A stretch of DNA of 64,000 nt from an uncultured bacterium (GTDB lineage: Bacteria > Babelota > Babeliae > Babelales > Vermiphilaceae): assembly GCA_963707655.1 (NCBI GenBank), contig OY970172.1, positions 864,001 through 928,000 on the forward strand, read 5' to 3'. Both the position numbers and the translations under genes were made by a program. Shown here piece by piece: positions 31,502-40,631 of this stretch (positions are counted from its first letter, which is position 1; each line of letters starts with the position of its first letter). A model generated the notes under the pieces. That model did not search any database, was not told the origin of the DNA, and saw nothing but the letters and a program-made list of their open reading frames with translations.

Positions 31502-31789
31502 TTAAAAGCTTGAAGCAGAGTAAGGTAAAAGAGCCATTACTCGTGACTTGCGCACGGTGCGTGACATCTCACGTTGATGCTTGCAACAGTTGCCAGAAAT
31601 GCGTGATGGTAAAATCTTACCGCGCTCGGTAAGAAACGCACGCAAAAAGCCGGCATTCTTGTAATCAAGTGCTGCTTCTTGTTCCGCACTACCACAGAAA
31701 CGGCAGTGCTTGCCCATGCCAGCGCCTTGGCGACGATTTCTTTTTTTGAGAAGACGGGCGCTTATCTTTAATTTAATTTTTTTTGTCAT
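31502..31789 (-). CDS. rpsR: 30S ribosomal protein S18 (zinc-binding form)
   Basis: CRFC, LDYKN, FLTERGKILPSRISG, CCKHQR, ALLPY. Confidence 0.95.
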   Translation of the reverse strand: MTKKIKLKISARLLKKRNRRQGAGMGKHCRFCGSAEQEAALDYKNAGFLRAFLTERGKILPSRISGNCCKHQREMSRTVRKSRVMALLPYSASSF

Positions 31790-31798
31790 CTTTAATCC

Positions 31799-32239
31799 TT
31801 ATTGAGCAAATTCTTCGGTCATTTCATCTTCATCGTTATCTATCGCGCCGCGCTGATCTCTTCTATCAGACATGTATCCGCCCATTTCACGAGCCGGTGC
31901 TTCTTCAAGAGATTGAGGACGCTGATAAACAAGAGAACGCTTCGGATCAAGAAGAGAGCTCATGTGACGCATAACAAGATCATTGAGACGAACAGCCATC
32001 AATGTTTTGATTGCATCAACAACTACTCCCGGTGTTTCTGATTCGAAACGAGCCAAGAAATAAATGCCGTAATCATTTTTGTTAACAGGATACGCGAGAC
32101 GGTATTTGCCCCATTTTTCAAAGGAAATCATGTTTCCTTTGTTTTCCTTAACGGTGCGTTCAAACTGAGATTCTATATTTTTGATCTCATCTTGCGTGAC
32201 CGTAGGAATGGCAAGCATTAATACTTCATAGGTAATCAT
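31799..32239 (-). CDS. rpsF: 30S ribosomal protein S6
   Basis: YEVLML, WGKYRLAYPV, acidic tail; adjacent to rpsR. Confidence 0.92.
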   Translation of the reverse strand: MITYEVLMLAIPTVTQDEIKNIESQFERTVKENKGNMISFEKWGKYRLAYPVNKNDYGIYFLARFESETPGVVVDAIKTLMAVRLNDLVMRHMSSLLDPKRSLVYQRPQSLEEAPAREMGGYMSDRRDQRGAIDNDEDEMTEEFAQ

Positions 32240-32352
32240 AGAGTAAACCTTTGGTTTGTACTAAATGGAAATGTTTTTCAACACTAGAGAACGTAAAGTG
32301 CCGCCCTCTTTAGCACAGAGTCACCTTGAACGATGATCTCTCAAATAAAAAA

Positions 32353-32391
32353 TGTACCAGAAAACCAATAAAATACTAGTTTTCTGGTACA
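32353..32391 (-). terminator. terminator-like hairpin downstream of the XRE regulator
   Basis: 13-bp inverted repeat tgtaccagaaaac/gttttctggtaca followed on the minus strand by a T-run. Confidence 0.5.
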
Positions 32392-32419
32392 AAATATTTT
32401 AAGAAAATCTCTGTTTGAA

Positions 32420-33097
32420 TTACAGAAGATTTTGTTGGCGTTGGATTACGCGACCAATAATTCTAAAATGATCTTTGCCGCGAACCAATGCTATAGGTGG
32501 ATTTTTGTGATTTACTGATTCCAAAACGATAAAGTCTTCGGTATAAGTTACCTGCATGATCGCCTTGGTTGCTGCATCATTGCCGTATTCGACAGCAGCG
32601 ATATCGCCGGAGCGGGTCCAAATTTCAGGTGATATTATCAAATAGTCACCCTTGATAAACGCAGGAGCCATTAAATTGTTTTCCACACACAGGGCAAACA
32701 TTGCCGAATCATTATTGTTAAGCACGGGAATAAACATATCTTTAAATCCGGTGGTAACTTGCATGAGCTGGTTATTGTACGGGGATGGGTTCGAAGGAAC
32801 TTCACCAACTACCGGCACTATTTGAACGCGCAATTCAACATCTGATTTTTCAGGCAAACTAACGTTGCTGTCGATATTGTCTGTTCTCTTGCGGCGTTGT
32901 GCAAAAAGATCTATAGGGCTGATTTCAAATGCATTTGCTAATTTTCTCAAAGAATCTTCGTTCCAACGACGAGTTCCGTTTTTGATGTGGGTAAGGTAAC
33001 TTTCCGACATTCCGGTCTTTTCAGCCAGAATTTTGGTTGTCCAGCCTTTTTCTCTGAGTAATTCTTTTACTCTTAGTTCAGTCGAACGTGATGACAT
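32420..33097 (-). CDS. XRE-family HTH regulator with LexA/S24-like C-terminal domain
   Basis: LAEKTGMSESYLTHIKNG HTH; FALCV..NLMAPAFIKGD, LESVN, IIGRVI S24-like fold. Confidence 0.85.
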   Translation of the reverse strand: MSSRSTELRVKELLREKGWTTKILAEKTGMSESYLTHIKNGTRRWNEDSLRKLANAFEISPIDLFAQRRKRTDNIDSNVSLPEKSDVELRVQIVPVVGEVPSNPSPYNNQLMQVTTGFKDMFIPVLNNNDSAMFALCVENNLMAPAFIKGDYLIISPEIWTRSGDIAAVEYGNDAATKAIMQVTYTEDFIVLESVNHKNPPIALVRGKDHFRIIGRVIQRQQNLL

Positions 33098-33217
33098 TGT
33101 AAACTCCTACTGATTATTATATACTACCACTTTGGGGTTAAACTTATATGGTTACAACACTGCCTTATTTCTAATTGTACTCACAAACATAAACATGTCA
33201 AATGGAAATGATTGACA

Positions 33218-33916
33218 ATGAGCAAATTAAGCCGCTTCACAAATCTGACCGAGCGCTTCAATAAGAATTATTTCGAAAAAGCCTCCTGGGAACAAAAACA
33301 GGTGGTTTGTGGCATTGATGAAGTGGGTAGAGGCTGTCTCGCGGGCCCTCTGGTTACCGCTGCCGTTATCTTACCTGAGGGTAAAACCCACCGCCTACTC
33401 AAAGATTCAAAAGTGATGACTCTGCAAGAACGGCTCGATGCCTATAAATGGATCACTAAAAACTGTTATTATGGTTACGGCATAGTAAACCACCGAGTCA
33501 TTGACTCTCATAACATATGGCACGCCACCTTGATCGCCATGAAAAAAGCATTAATGCACACATTGGCCACCTCGCCGCGCCTGCCACAGGTCGTTTTGGT
33601 TGATGCGATGCCGCTGAGTCTCTTCGATACCGGATACAAAGAAATACCGGTACACTATTTCCCCTTCGGCGAAAGCAAATCAAGCTCAATAGCCGCCGCC
33701 TCTATTATTGCCAAGGTTAAGCGAGACATGCTTATGGGCAAGATGGATGCCCTTTTTCCCGGCTACAACTTAAAAGAACACAAGGGATACAGCACGCCCG
33801 GGCACAAAAAAATCCTTTTTGACACGGCCCATTCCCTCATTCATAGACAAACTTTTGTTAAGCGTTTAAATGCAGGAGCCGCAGAAGATGATAACGAACA
33901 GCAAACCATTTTCTGA
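33218..33916 (+). CDS. rnhB: ribonuclease HII
   Basis: GIDEVGRGCLAGPLV, LKDSK, SIAAASIIAKVKRD, HKGY. Confidence 0.95.
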   Translation: MSKLSRFTNLTERFNKNYFEKASWEQKQVVCGIDEVGRGCLAGPLVTAAVILPEGKTHRLLKDSKVMTLQERLDAYKWITKNCYYGYGIVNHRVIDSHNIWHATLIAMKKALMHTLATSPRLPQVVLVDAMPLSLFDTGYKEIPVHYFPFGESKSSSIAAASIIAKVKRDMLMGKMDALFPGYNLKEHKGYSTPGHKKILFDTAHSLIHRQTFVKRLNAGAAEDDNEQQTIF

Positions 33917-34487
33917 GGTTATAGAGAGTTCTCTTTCAAGCTGGCTCGTGCAAAGCTGGCGTTGGGACATTCTGCCTTCTTTTGGCTCACTGGTAAAAGT
34001 GCAAACCCCCACAAGACAACTTTTTGGCATTGTTCATCAAATACAGACCGGCTCAATGGATCCGGTGCGCTATCCCTTTCCTTATCAAAAGTCACACGAA
34101 GAGTTATTGCGCGAACAGCCACAAATCTTTGAATTTTTAAAAACAACCTTTTCTTGCATTCCCCTTGGCTATCAGGACAAAGGCAGCATTATTCATTTAA
34201 TAGCGCCAGAGCCACCCACTATTCATTCTTTTGTGAGCATTATGGATGTTGAGCTGAGCAAACAATTTTTTTATCACGATAAATACCTGCACCTGCTCTT
34301 TAGCTTGAGCAATCAGATAGCCTATCTTGACGAGTTGCTTCTGGTATTACTCAAACAGCAAGCCGCGCTTGATATTTTGGGAGAAGAGAAAATGAATCGT
34401 TTTATGCAAACTTATTCGCTCCTTATAGGCAACGATTACCGACGACTCAAGCTTTTTTTACAGCGCGCGCAAAACATTATAGAATAA
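33888..34487 (+). CDS. conserved hypothetical protein, HAS-barrel-like
   Basis: FSEVIES...PSFGSLVKV...QIQTGSMDP..R...EQPQIF resembles standalone HAS-barrel proteins (from memory); AGGAG RBS before ATG 33888. Confidence 0.55.
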   Translation: MITNSKPFSEVIESSLSSWLVQSWRWDILPSFGSLVKVQTPTRQLFGIVHQIQTGSMDPVRYPFPYQKSHEELLREQPQIFEFLKTTFSCIPLGYQDKGSIIHLIAPEPPTIHSFVSIMDVELSKQFFYHDKYLHLLFSLSNQIAYLDELLLVLLKQQAALDILGEEKMNRFMQTYSLLIGNDYRRLKLFLQRAQNIIE

Positions 34488-34520
34488 GAAAAAAACCTTT
34501 TTTCAAACGCAGCCATCTTC

Positions 34521-35405
34521 ATGTTCAATTTCATAAAAAATCAATTCAAAAAAATATATCAACAAGTCACCTCAAAACTTGGTGAACTGTTCTCACGCAA
34601 AACGCTTGATGACAATACCCTTAAAGATCTTGAGTTGCTCCTTATTAATGCTGATACCGGCGTGAAAACAACGCGCAGCATTATCCAAGCACTCAAAGCG
34701 CAATATGCACGGGGAGCCATTACCGCAGGAGACGAGTTAAAAAAAGCACTTGAACAGGAATTGCTCTCTCTTTTAATAGCTCCTACACAAACAGAAGCAG
34801 CCGTCTATTTACTCGTCGGCATAAATGGGAGCGGCAAAACAACGTTTGCCGGCAAATTGGCAAATCACTTCATTGCACAAAAAAAGCGCGTGCTGTTTGT
34901 AGCGGGCGACACTTTTCGCGCTGCGGCAACACAACAACTGGCCGCGTGGGCAGAGCGTATCGGCGCTGACATTGTGATTGGCAAAGACAATCAAGATCCT
35001 GCCAGCGTCGTATTTGCCGGATGCCAAAAATTCAAAGATGAAGGATACGATATTCTTATTATCGATACCGCCGGCCGTTTGCAAACAAAAGCAAACCTTA
35101 TGCATGAGCTAGAAAAAATCAGACGCACAATCAATAAACAATTGCCCGAAAAAACAGTTTCGTGTCTGCTCACCATCGATGCAATGCTCGGTCAAAATTC
35201 ATTTGAGCAAGCGAAGCTCTTTAATGAAAGCACCAAGCTCGACGGTATTGTTTTAACAAAGATGGACGGAACAGGAAAAGGGGGCATTGTTTTTGCTATC
35301 AGCCAAGAATTAAAAATTCCTATCTCTTACGTCTCTTTTGGCGAATCAATCGAACTGTTCAAGGTATTTGATCCGCAAGAATATGTGCATGACTTGTTAG
35401 ATTAA
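34521..35405 (+). CDS. ftsY: SRP receptor FtsY (NG domain only)
   Basis: GINGSGKTT, DTFRAAA, DTAGRLQ, TKMDGTGKGG. Confidence 0.96.
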   Translation: MFNFIKNQFKKIYQQVTSKLGELFSRKTLDDNTLKDLELLLINADTGVKTTRSIIQALKAQYARGAITAGDELKKALEQELLSLLIAPTQTEAAVYLLVGINGSGKTTFAGKLANHFIAQKKRVLFVAGDTFRAAATQQLAAWAERIGADIVIGKDNQDPASVVFAGCQKFKDEGYDILIIDTAGRLQTKANLMHELEKIRRTINKQLPEKTVSCLLTIDAMLGQNSFEQAKLFNESTKLDGIVLTKMDGTGKGGIVFAISQELKIPISYVSFGESIELFKVFDPQEYVHDLLD

Positions 35406-35524
35406 CGCGAATACATCGCTCTGGTGACTGTGTCCAAATCCTTGCCATTTTGTGGGCAATATGTTATTTCTAGCCCAATGAAAAAGATGGAATTGAAACA
35501 GACTTTTTTGCAGCGAAATAACAT

Positions 35525-36430
35525 ATGATCCCTTCAACTGCCACCATTTTTAACCTTATCGAGCAAATCGCTCAACAACTCGCCCCCCGCTATGAAGATT
35601 ATATGCTGTGCCATCAATACGCCTGGTGGATGGTGCAAGCAATAAAAAACGAATCACAGGCAGCTCTCATTGGCCATAACACTATTACTCTTACCCACGA
35701 ACAAATCAACACTTTATCTGTGTGGATAGAAAAACAAGTCAAAGAGCATATGCCATTGCAATATTTGCTGCAGTCCGTGCCCTTTAATGATGTTGATATT
35801 CTTGTAGAGCCACCCATTCTTATTCCCCGCCCTGAGACAGAAGAATGGTGCACGGCCCTTATTGATCAATTAAAAAGCGCAAAAATAGAAAAATTAAACA
35901 TTCTCGATTTGTGCTCGGGCAGTGGCTGCATAGCGCTTGCGCTGGCCAAAGCATTGCCGCACTCTTCATTCATTGCTGTTGATATCTCGCAACAAGCCGT
36001 TGCATTGGGCCGCAAAAATGCTCAGCATAATAAAATAAACAATGTGCAGTTCTTGCAATCAGATCTCTTTGAACAGGTTCCCTTGAACACTTTTGATATT
36101 ATTGTTTCAAACCCTCCTTATATTGATGAACAAGAATGGGCTTATTTAGATGCATCGGTAACCAAATGGGAAGACAAAAATGCATTAATAGCCCCTGATA
36201 GTGGCCTGGCTATAATAAAAAAAATTATCAGCGGCGCTCATGGGCGCTTATCACATAACAGGCAACTGTCTCAACACGGCATTGCGCAATTATGGATCGA
36301 AATTGATCACACTCAAGGCGCACCGGTAAAAGAGCTCATGGAAAATGCAGGTTTTATTAATGTACAAGTAATGAAAGATTTAGAAAATAAAGATAGGGTA
36401 GTGGCGGGAAACATGCCAAACACCTTATAG
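35525..36430 (+). CDS. prmC: release factor glutamine methyltransferase
   Basis: PLQY, LIPRPETE, LDLCSGSGCI, VSNPPY. Confidence 0.95.
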   Translation: MIPSTATIFNLIEQIAQQLAPRYEDYMLCHQYAWWMVQAIKNESQAALIGHNTITLTHEQINTLSVWIEKQVKEHMPLQYLLQSVPFNDVDILVEPPILIPRPETEEWCTALIDQLKSAKIEKLNILDLCSGSGCIALALAKALPHSSFIAVDISQQAVALGRKNAQHNKINNVQFLQSDLFEQVPLNTFDIIVSNPPYIDEQEWAYLDASVTKWEDKNALIAPDSGLAIIKKIISGAHGRLSHNRQLSQHGIAQLWIEIDHTQGAPVKELMENAGFINVQVMKDLENKDRVVAGNMPNTL

Positions 36431-36458
36431 CGCCAAAATCATAGAGAAAAGGGTAATT

Positions 36459-37049
36459 TTGAATACATATTATGCAGTAGTAATTCTAACCAGCTTTCTA
36501 ATTGCTCGTGCAGCAGAAGAGGGTGGAGTGATGATTAAATCAAATGAACTGCAAAATGCACTAAAACATAAAATTAGTTCGGGGAACCCAGAAGACTTTC
36601 AAGAAATTTTTGGGTTATTATACGAATCAACTCAAGAAAGCTTAGCCCCTGCTTTATTAAAATACTCACAAGATGTGAAAAATTATACCCAAGAAGAATT
36701 AAAAGAAATACGCTGTTTTACCACTCAACGCCCAGCGCTTTTTGTGTCTGATGCAGCTGGATTAGGCGGCATTGTGACCGCTACTGCAAGCTTTGCTGCG
36801 GCATTCGCGACCGGCAGCCAAGCCGCTGGCTGGATTGCTCTGGGGTCGCTTTTTGTTGGTGCAGCGGGAATTGCAGCGCGTCCTTACATGACTCCTCATT
36901 CTCAACGTTATAAAGGCATTGCTAATGCGCAGACAGAGATCCAAGAAACTATCAACGGCACTCCCCTGATTGCCGATGTAGAGTTAGAAAGGTTGGAGTT
37001 CCTGCCGCCACAAGAATCAGAAGAACCCTCAATGGATGATTATGTATAA
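36459..37049 (+). CDS. secreted hydrophobic-hairpin protein, paralog 1
   Basis: Signal-like N-terminus, long bilobed hydrophobic block, ANAQTEIQ motif. Confidence 0.75.
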   Translation: MNTYYAVVILTSFLIARAAEEGGVMIKSNELQNALKHKISSGNPEDFQEIFGLLYESTQESLAPALLKYSQDVKNYTQEELKEIRCFTTQRPALFVSDAAGLGGIVTATASFAAAFATGSQAAGWIALGSLFVGAAGIAARPYMTPHSQRYKGIANAQTEIQETINGTPLIADVELERLEFLPPQESEEPSMDDYV

Positions 37050-37641
37050 AAAAGGATACGCAATAAACAAACAATTTTTAACAATACTCATGCTGACCAG
37101 CATTATTTCCGCACAAGCAATGGATCTTGAGCGAGGGGGCCGCCATCAGGCTATCGAAAATCAAGATAACCCCTCTCTTCGTAGCCACCTACAAAGAGCA
37201 ATGTACGATAGCCGGGCGCAAGACTTTGAAGATATGGTAAAATTTGCTGATAAACCGACGCTAATGGCGGCTTTGCCAGGTTTGAAAGAGCGCTCTCAAG
37301 GTTATAAAAAATGCCTGAAGTCGGGGACTGATAAGGGAAACAAATATTTAACTGCTAGCATCACCACAGGCGGCGTCTCAGGGCTTACCCTAATGCTGGG
37401 AAGTGTTTTTATTGTCGGAGCAGATCCTATTGCTATTACTGCTCTGCTTACCGCATCGGCCCTAGCAACGCTCGGTAGCGCTGGCGCCAGTTCCCTGCTG
37501 TATCTGCATAGCACAAAATCACACGCTCAGATCGAGGCTCAGAAAACAATACAAAAGTGCATAGCCAGTGCTGAAGCTGCAAATGCTCTTAGCCACGGAG
37601 AGCCGTATAGCCATGACAGTGAATCTGGCAACCAAAATTAA
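37036..37641 (+). CDS. secreted hydrophobic-hairpin protein, paralog 2
   Basis: NKQFLTILMLTSIISAQA|MD; hydrophobic hairpin; EAQKTIQ. Confidence 0.75.
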   Translation: MIMYKKGYAINKQFLTILMLTSIISAQAMDLERGGRHQAIENQDNPSLRSHLQRAMYDSRAQDFEDMVKFADKPTLMAALPGLKERSQGYKKCLKSGTDKGNKYLTASITTGGVSGLTLMLGSVFIVGADPIAITALLTASALATLGSAGASSLLYLHSTKSHAQIEAQKTIQKCIASAEAANALSHGEPYSHDSESGNQN

Positions 37642-37672
37642 TTTATAGTAAAAAAAGAAAGAGGTATAAAAA

Positions 37673-38200
37673 ATGAACAAACAATTTTTAACAATACTCG
37701 TGTTGAGCTGCGTTGTTTCCATGCAACCCATGGAGCCCGCCGAAGATATTGAGAATGGTTTTAACCCATCTTTAATTGTGTTTAAAGCATCAATTGACAA
37801 TAATACATCAAGTGCTTTCAATGACCTGGTAATTGTTGCCGATAAATCAGAACTAAGAAAACTCGCACCGATGTTAAAAACCTATTCAAAAGATCGGCAA
37901 ATCGTCTTAAACGATAAGATAAAATTCAGTGAACGCATGGGACACGCATTAGGGGTTACTGGCGTACTCGGTGGCATCGGCACTTCAGCGCTTCTACTTT
38001 CCGACGCGAGCAGCACTCTTGCGGGCATTATCGCAGGAATTTCGGCCACCGCATTCGCTGCTGGCCTAGGCGGGGTTTGGTTAAATGCGATGCGGTATTC
38101 GCACTTGCATCATGAGCATGCTGCACAAACGGAAATTCAAGGCTTGCTGCTAGAAGCTGAATCTGAAACCCCAAAAAAGACAGGACTTAAAAATGAATAA
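37673..38200 (+). CDS. secreted hydrophobic-hairpin protein, paralog 3
   Basis: MNKQFLTILVLSCVVSMQP|ME; hairpin; AAQTEIQ. Confidence 0.78.
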   Translation: MNKQFLTILVLSCVVSMQPMEPAEDIENGFNPSLIVFKASIDNNTSSAFNDLVIVADKSELRKLAPMLKTYSKDRQIVLNDKIKFSERMGHALGVTGVLGGIGTSALLLSDASSTLAGIIAGISATAFAAGLGGVWLNAMRYSHLHHEHAAQTEIQGLLLEAESETPKKTGLKNE

Positions 38201-38723
38201 ACAGCTTTTAATAGCGCTTATGGTCAGCAGTATTGTTTCTATGCATGCTATGGATCTTGAGCAAGGCAACACGCCTAAACCTCAATTTAATCCACTTTTC
38301 AAACGAGCAATCGATGATAATAAACCACAAGATTTTCAGAGTTTGATTGATCTTGCCGATAAAGCAAAATTAAAGCCGCATTTATCAACTCTAAAACAGT
38401 ATTCCCAAGAACATCAAGCACAGCTTGGCGGTATCGGAACAATGGTAATTGTCTGTAACGTTGTTGGCGGCATCGGAACAATCGGAGCAGTGGCAGGAGT
38501 CACTGCTGCAGCAGCAAGCGGCTTTACAAGCATCGAAACTATGACTTATCTTGGGACGGGGCTTGGTCTAGGCATTTTTGGCACATTATCTTGTCTCACA
38601 GCCACTATTATTGGTGGAAAGCGGCGCGCTAAAGCAAACGCTCAACAGGAGATACAGCAGTGCATAGCCGCTGCTGAAGCAGTAAGTGAAACCACAGATA
38701 CCGCTGGAAATGAACAGATATGA
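38193..38723 (+). CDS. secreted hydrophobic-hairpin protein, paralog 4
   Basis: MNKQLLIALMVSSIVSMHA|MD; hairpin; ANAQQEIQ. Confidence 0.78.
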   Translation: MNKQLLIALMVSSIVSMHAMDLEQGNTPKPQFNPLFKRAIDDNKPQDFQSLIDLADKAKLKPHLSTLKQYSQEHQAQLGGIGTMVIVCNVVGGIGTIGAVAGVTAAAASGFTSIETMTYLGTGLGLGIFGTLSCLTATIIGGKRRAKANAQQEIQQCIAAAEAVSETTDTAGNEQI

Positions 38724-39325
38724 AAAAAATATTATTAATTACTCTGGCAGCAAGCTGCTTTGTTTGCGTACACGCAATGGATACGACAGATAATAGTGAT
38801 GGACAGTTACTATCAATACGATATCGCTTTCATGCCCCAACCAGAAGTGTTGGTGTCGATCAAATAAAAGAAGCGTTCACCAATGCTGTGCAGGATGCGG
38901 AAGGGGACATATTGCAACTTATGTTCGAACACAAAGATTTCCCCACAGATACTACATCGAGCGACTTGTTGACCCATTTACAAAACACCTCACTCTCGTG
39001 TGAAGAAGCGGAGCACGTTGAAACTGCGAGGCGGAGAAAGTGTTGTTCGACATCAAAATTAATCACATATGGTTCGTGGCTTTTCAGTGCTGGAGCAACT
39101 ACTGCCGGCATAGTGGTAAGTGTTGCGACGCCACATTCAACAGAAGCAATTTGGAGCTCAACGGTCGCCACATTGCTTTCGCTGGGCGTAGGTTTTTTGT
39201 CACACATCCGCAATCAACGCGCCCTGGCTAAAAGTGCCAAGAAAATTGCCACACAACAAAAAATACAAGAATATTTGCAGCAACAACCGATAAATCCCGG
39301 TCCCAGTGCAGATAATGTAGTATAA
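38720..39325 (+). CDS. secreted hydrophobic-hairpin protein, paralog 5
   Basis: MKKILLITLAASCFVCVHA|MD; hairpin; ATQQKIQ. Confidence 0.75.
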   Translation: MKKILLITLAASCFVCVHAMDTTDNSDGQLLSIRYRFHAPTRSVGVDQIKEAFTNAVQDAEGDILQLMFEHKDFPTDTTSSDLLTHLQNTSLSCEEAEHVETARRRKCCSTSKLITYGSWLFSAGATTAGIVVSVATPHSTEAIWSSTVATLLSLGVGFLSHIRNQRALAKSAKKIATQQKIQEYLQQQPINPGPSADNVV

Positions 39326-39344
39326 AATAAGGAGATGACACAAC

Positions 39345-40046
39345 ATGTGGCCGCTGCCAAAAATAAGCGATGAATTGGTAACTATTATTATTGATTCGTC
39401 GCATCTTTCATTGGGTGTTATAAACATCGCTTCTGTTTCAAGCGCTCCTTTTGACTTGCGTGCCTATCGCACAATACCCATTAAAGACAGCATCTATAAA
39501 ACAATGATCTATAACTCTTCTTTTTTAGAGCAGCAGATACAGTCGTTTATCGTCACTTATCGACTTGAGAATGCTTTTTTTTCATTATGTATTGCTGATA
39601 ATCACATAGAGGAGCGGCTGGTTAAACTCAAAAAGTCTTCGCCGACAACTACAGACTTTGCTCATCTTGGGCTGCACAAGCTTGTTTGGGATTATTCTTA
39701 TCTGTACGCCCACGAACAGGGAGAGTTTGTATTTGCCGTTTCAGGAATAAAGCGTGAGCTTCTTTTCCAATATCAGCTTCTGGCGCTCTCACTTGGTATT
39801 AATTTAATTACCCTTACCACCCCGTTTAATCCTCTTGTTGCACTGTATCGCTATATGCAGGGGGCGGCTTTTCGTCAGGCAAAATTGGCAAACGATATGC
39901 AGGCGCATCAATATCGCTTGGAAAATTATTTTACTCCGGCTATGTATAGCAGAATTATTCGCGCCAGCCAGCCGGTTGATCAAGGAGTATTGCGTAGTAT
40001 GGTTGGCTTGTATTGCCTGGAAAAAGGAAACAATGAAAAAAATTAA
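39345..40046 (+). CDS. hypothetical protein, possibly a divergent PilM-like protein
   Basis: GGAG RBS; VTIIID N-terminal strand; precedes a PilN-like gene. Confidence 0.45.
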   Translation: MWPLPKISDELVTIIIDSSHLSLGVINIASVSSAPFDLRAYRTIPIKDSIYKTMIYNSSFLEQQIQSFIVTYRLENAFFSLCIADNHIEERLVKLKKSSPTTTDFAHLGLHKLVWDYSYLYAHEQGEFVFAVSGIKRELLFQYQLLALSLGINLITLTTPFNPLVALYRYMQGAAFRQAKLANDMQAHQYRLENYFTPAMYSRIIRASQPVDQGVLRSMVGLYCLEKGNNEKN

Positions 40047-40554
40047 TCTGTTGCCTACACTTTCAATAGTACAACAAAAAGAGATTACGCGGTGGCACAA
40101 TGGCACAATGTTACTAATAATGCTCGCCTTCATCGTTTTAAGCGCCTTGTCAATGATGGGCTTACTTCAGCTCTATGCTCTTAAAAGAGAGTGCGCCATG
40201 CTCCAAAAAAGGATACTACCGCATGCCTCTTCTTTCGCTAAACAGCAGGCCATGCAGGGCGAGATTGAATTACTGAATCAGCGGGTGGTCGAATTTAAAA
40301 AAATTTCTCAACCAACTGCATCTTTTACTCAAGCGGCATGTGCTTTGCTGCACGGCTCTACCAAAATTAAGTCTCTAACTTTTAACAACAAAAACTTAGA
40401 GTTTTCTTTCTGTTGCGCAAACATTGCAAAGGCAGAAAAGAAGCTGCTTGAACTACGATCCCTCGCTCTGTTCTCTGAGCTTGTCCCCTCTTCCGCCTGC
40501 TACAACAAACACGGCGAAGCAATTATTGTGGTTAATAGTATAATTAACTCCTGA
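40033..40554 (+). CDS. PilN-like membrane protein
   Basis: True start likely ATG 40033: MKKINLLP (classic PilN INLLP motif), then TM and coiled coil. Confidence 0.6.
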   Translation: MKKINLLPTLSIVQQKEITRWHNGTMLLIMLAFIVLSALSMMGLLQLYALKRECAMLQKRILPHASSFAKQQAMQGEIELLNQRVVEFKKISQPTASFTQAACALLHGSTKIKSLTFNNKNLEFSFCCANIAKAEKKLLELRSLALFSELVPSSACYNKHGEAIIVVNSIINS

Positions 40555-40631
40555 CAATTTTTATTTTTATTGATATTCTACAACATAGCTAATCCCTTTG
40601 ATAAACAATGCAGAATACATACAGGAAGACG

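Noticed and set aside
32240..32345. S6:S18 ribosomal leader RNA upstream of rpsF
   Set aside because: Only a weak hairpin is visible, and the consensus cannot be confirmed without a covariance search.
32420..33097. Prophage repressor marking a prophage
   Set aside because: Flanked by rpsF and rnhB; no integrase or phage structural genes in the window.
39835..40032. Long N-terminus of ORF 39835..40554
   Set aside because: It overlaps the upstream gene; ATG 40033 with an AAGGA RBS gives the MKKINLLP start.
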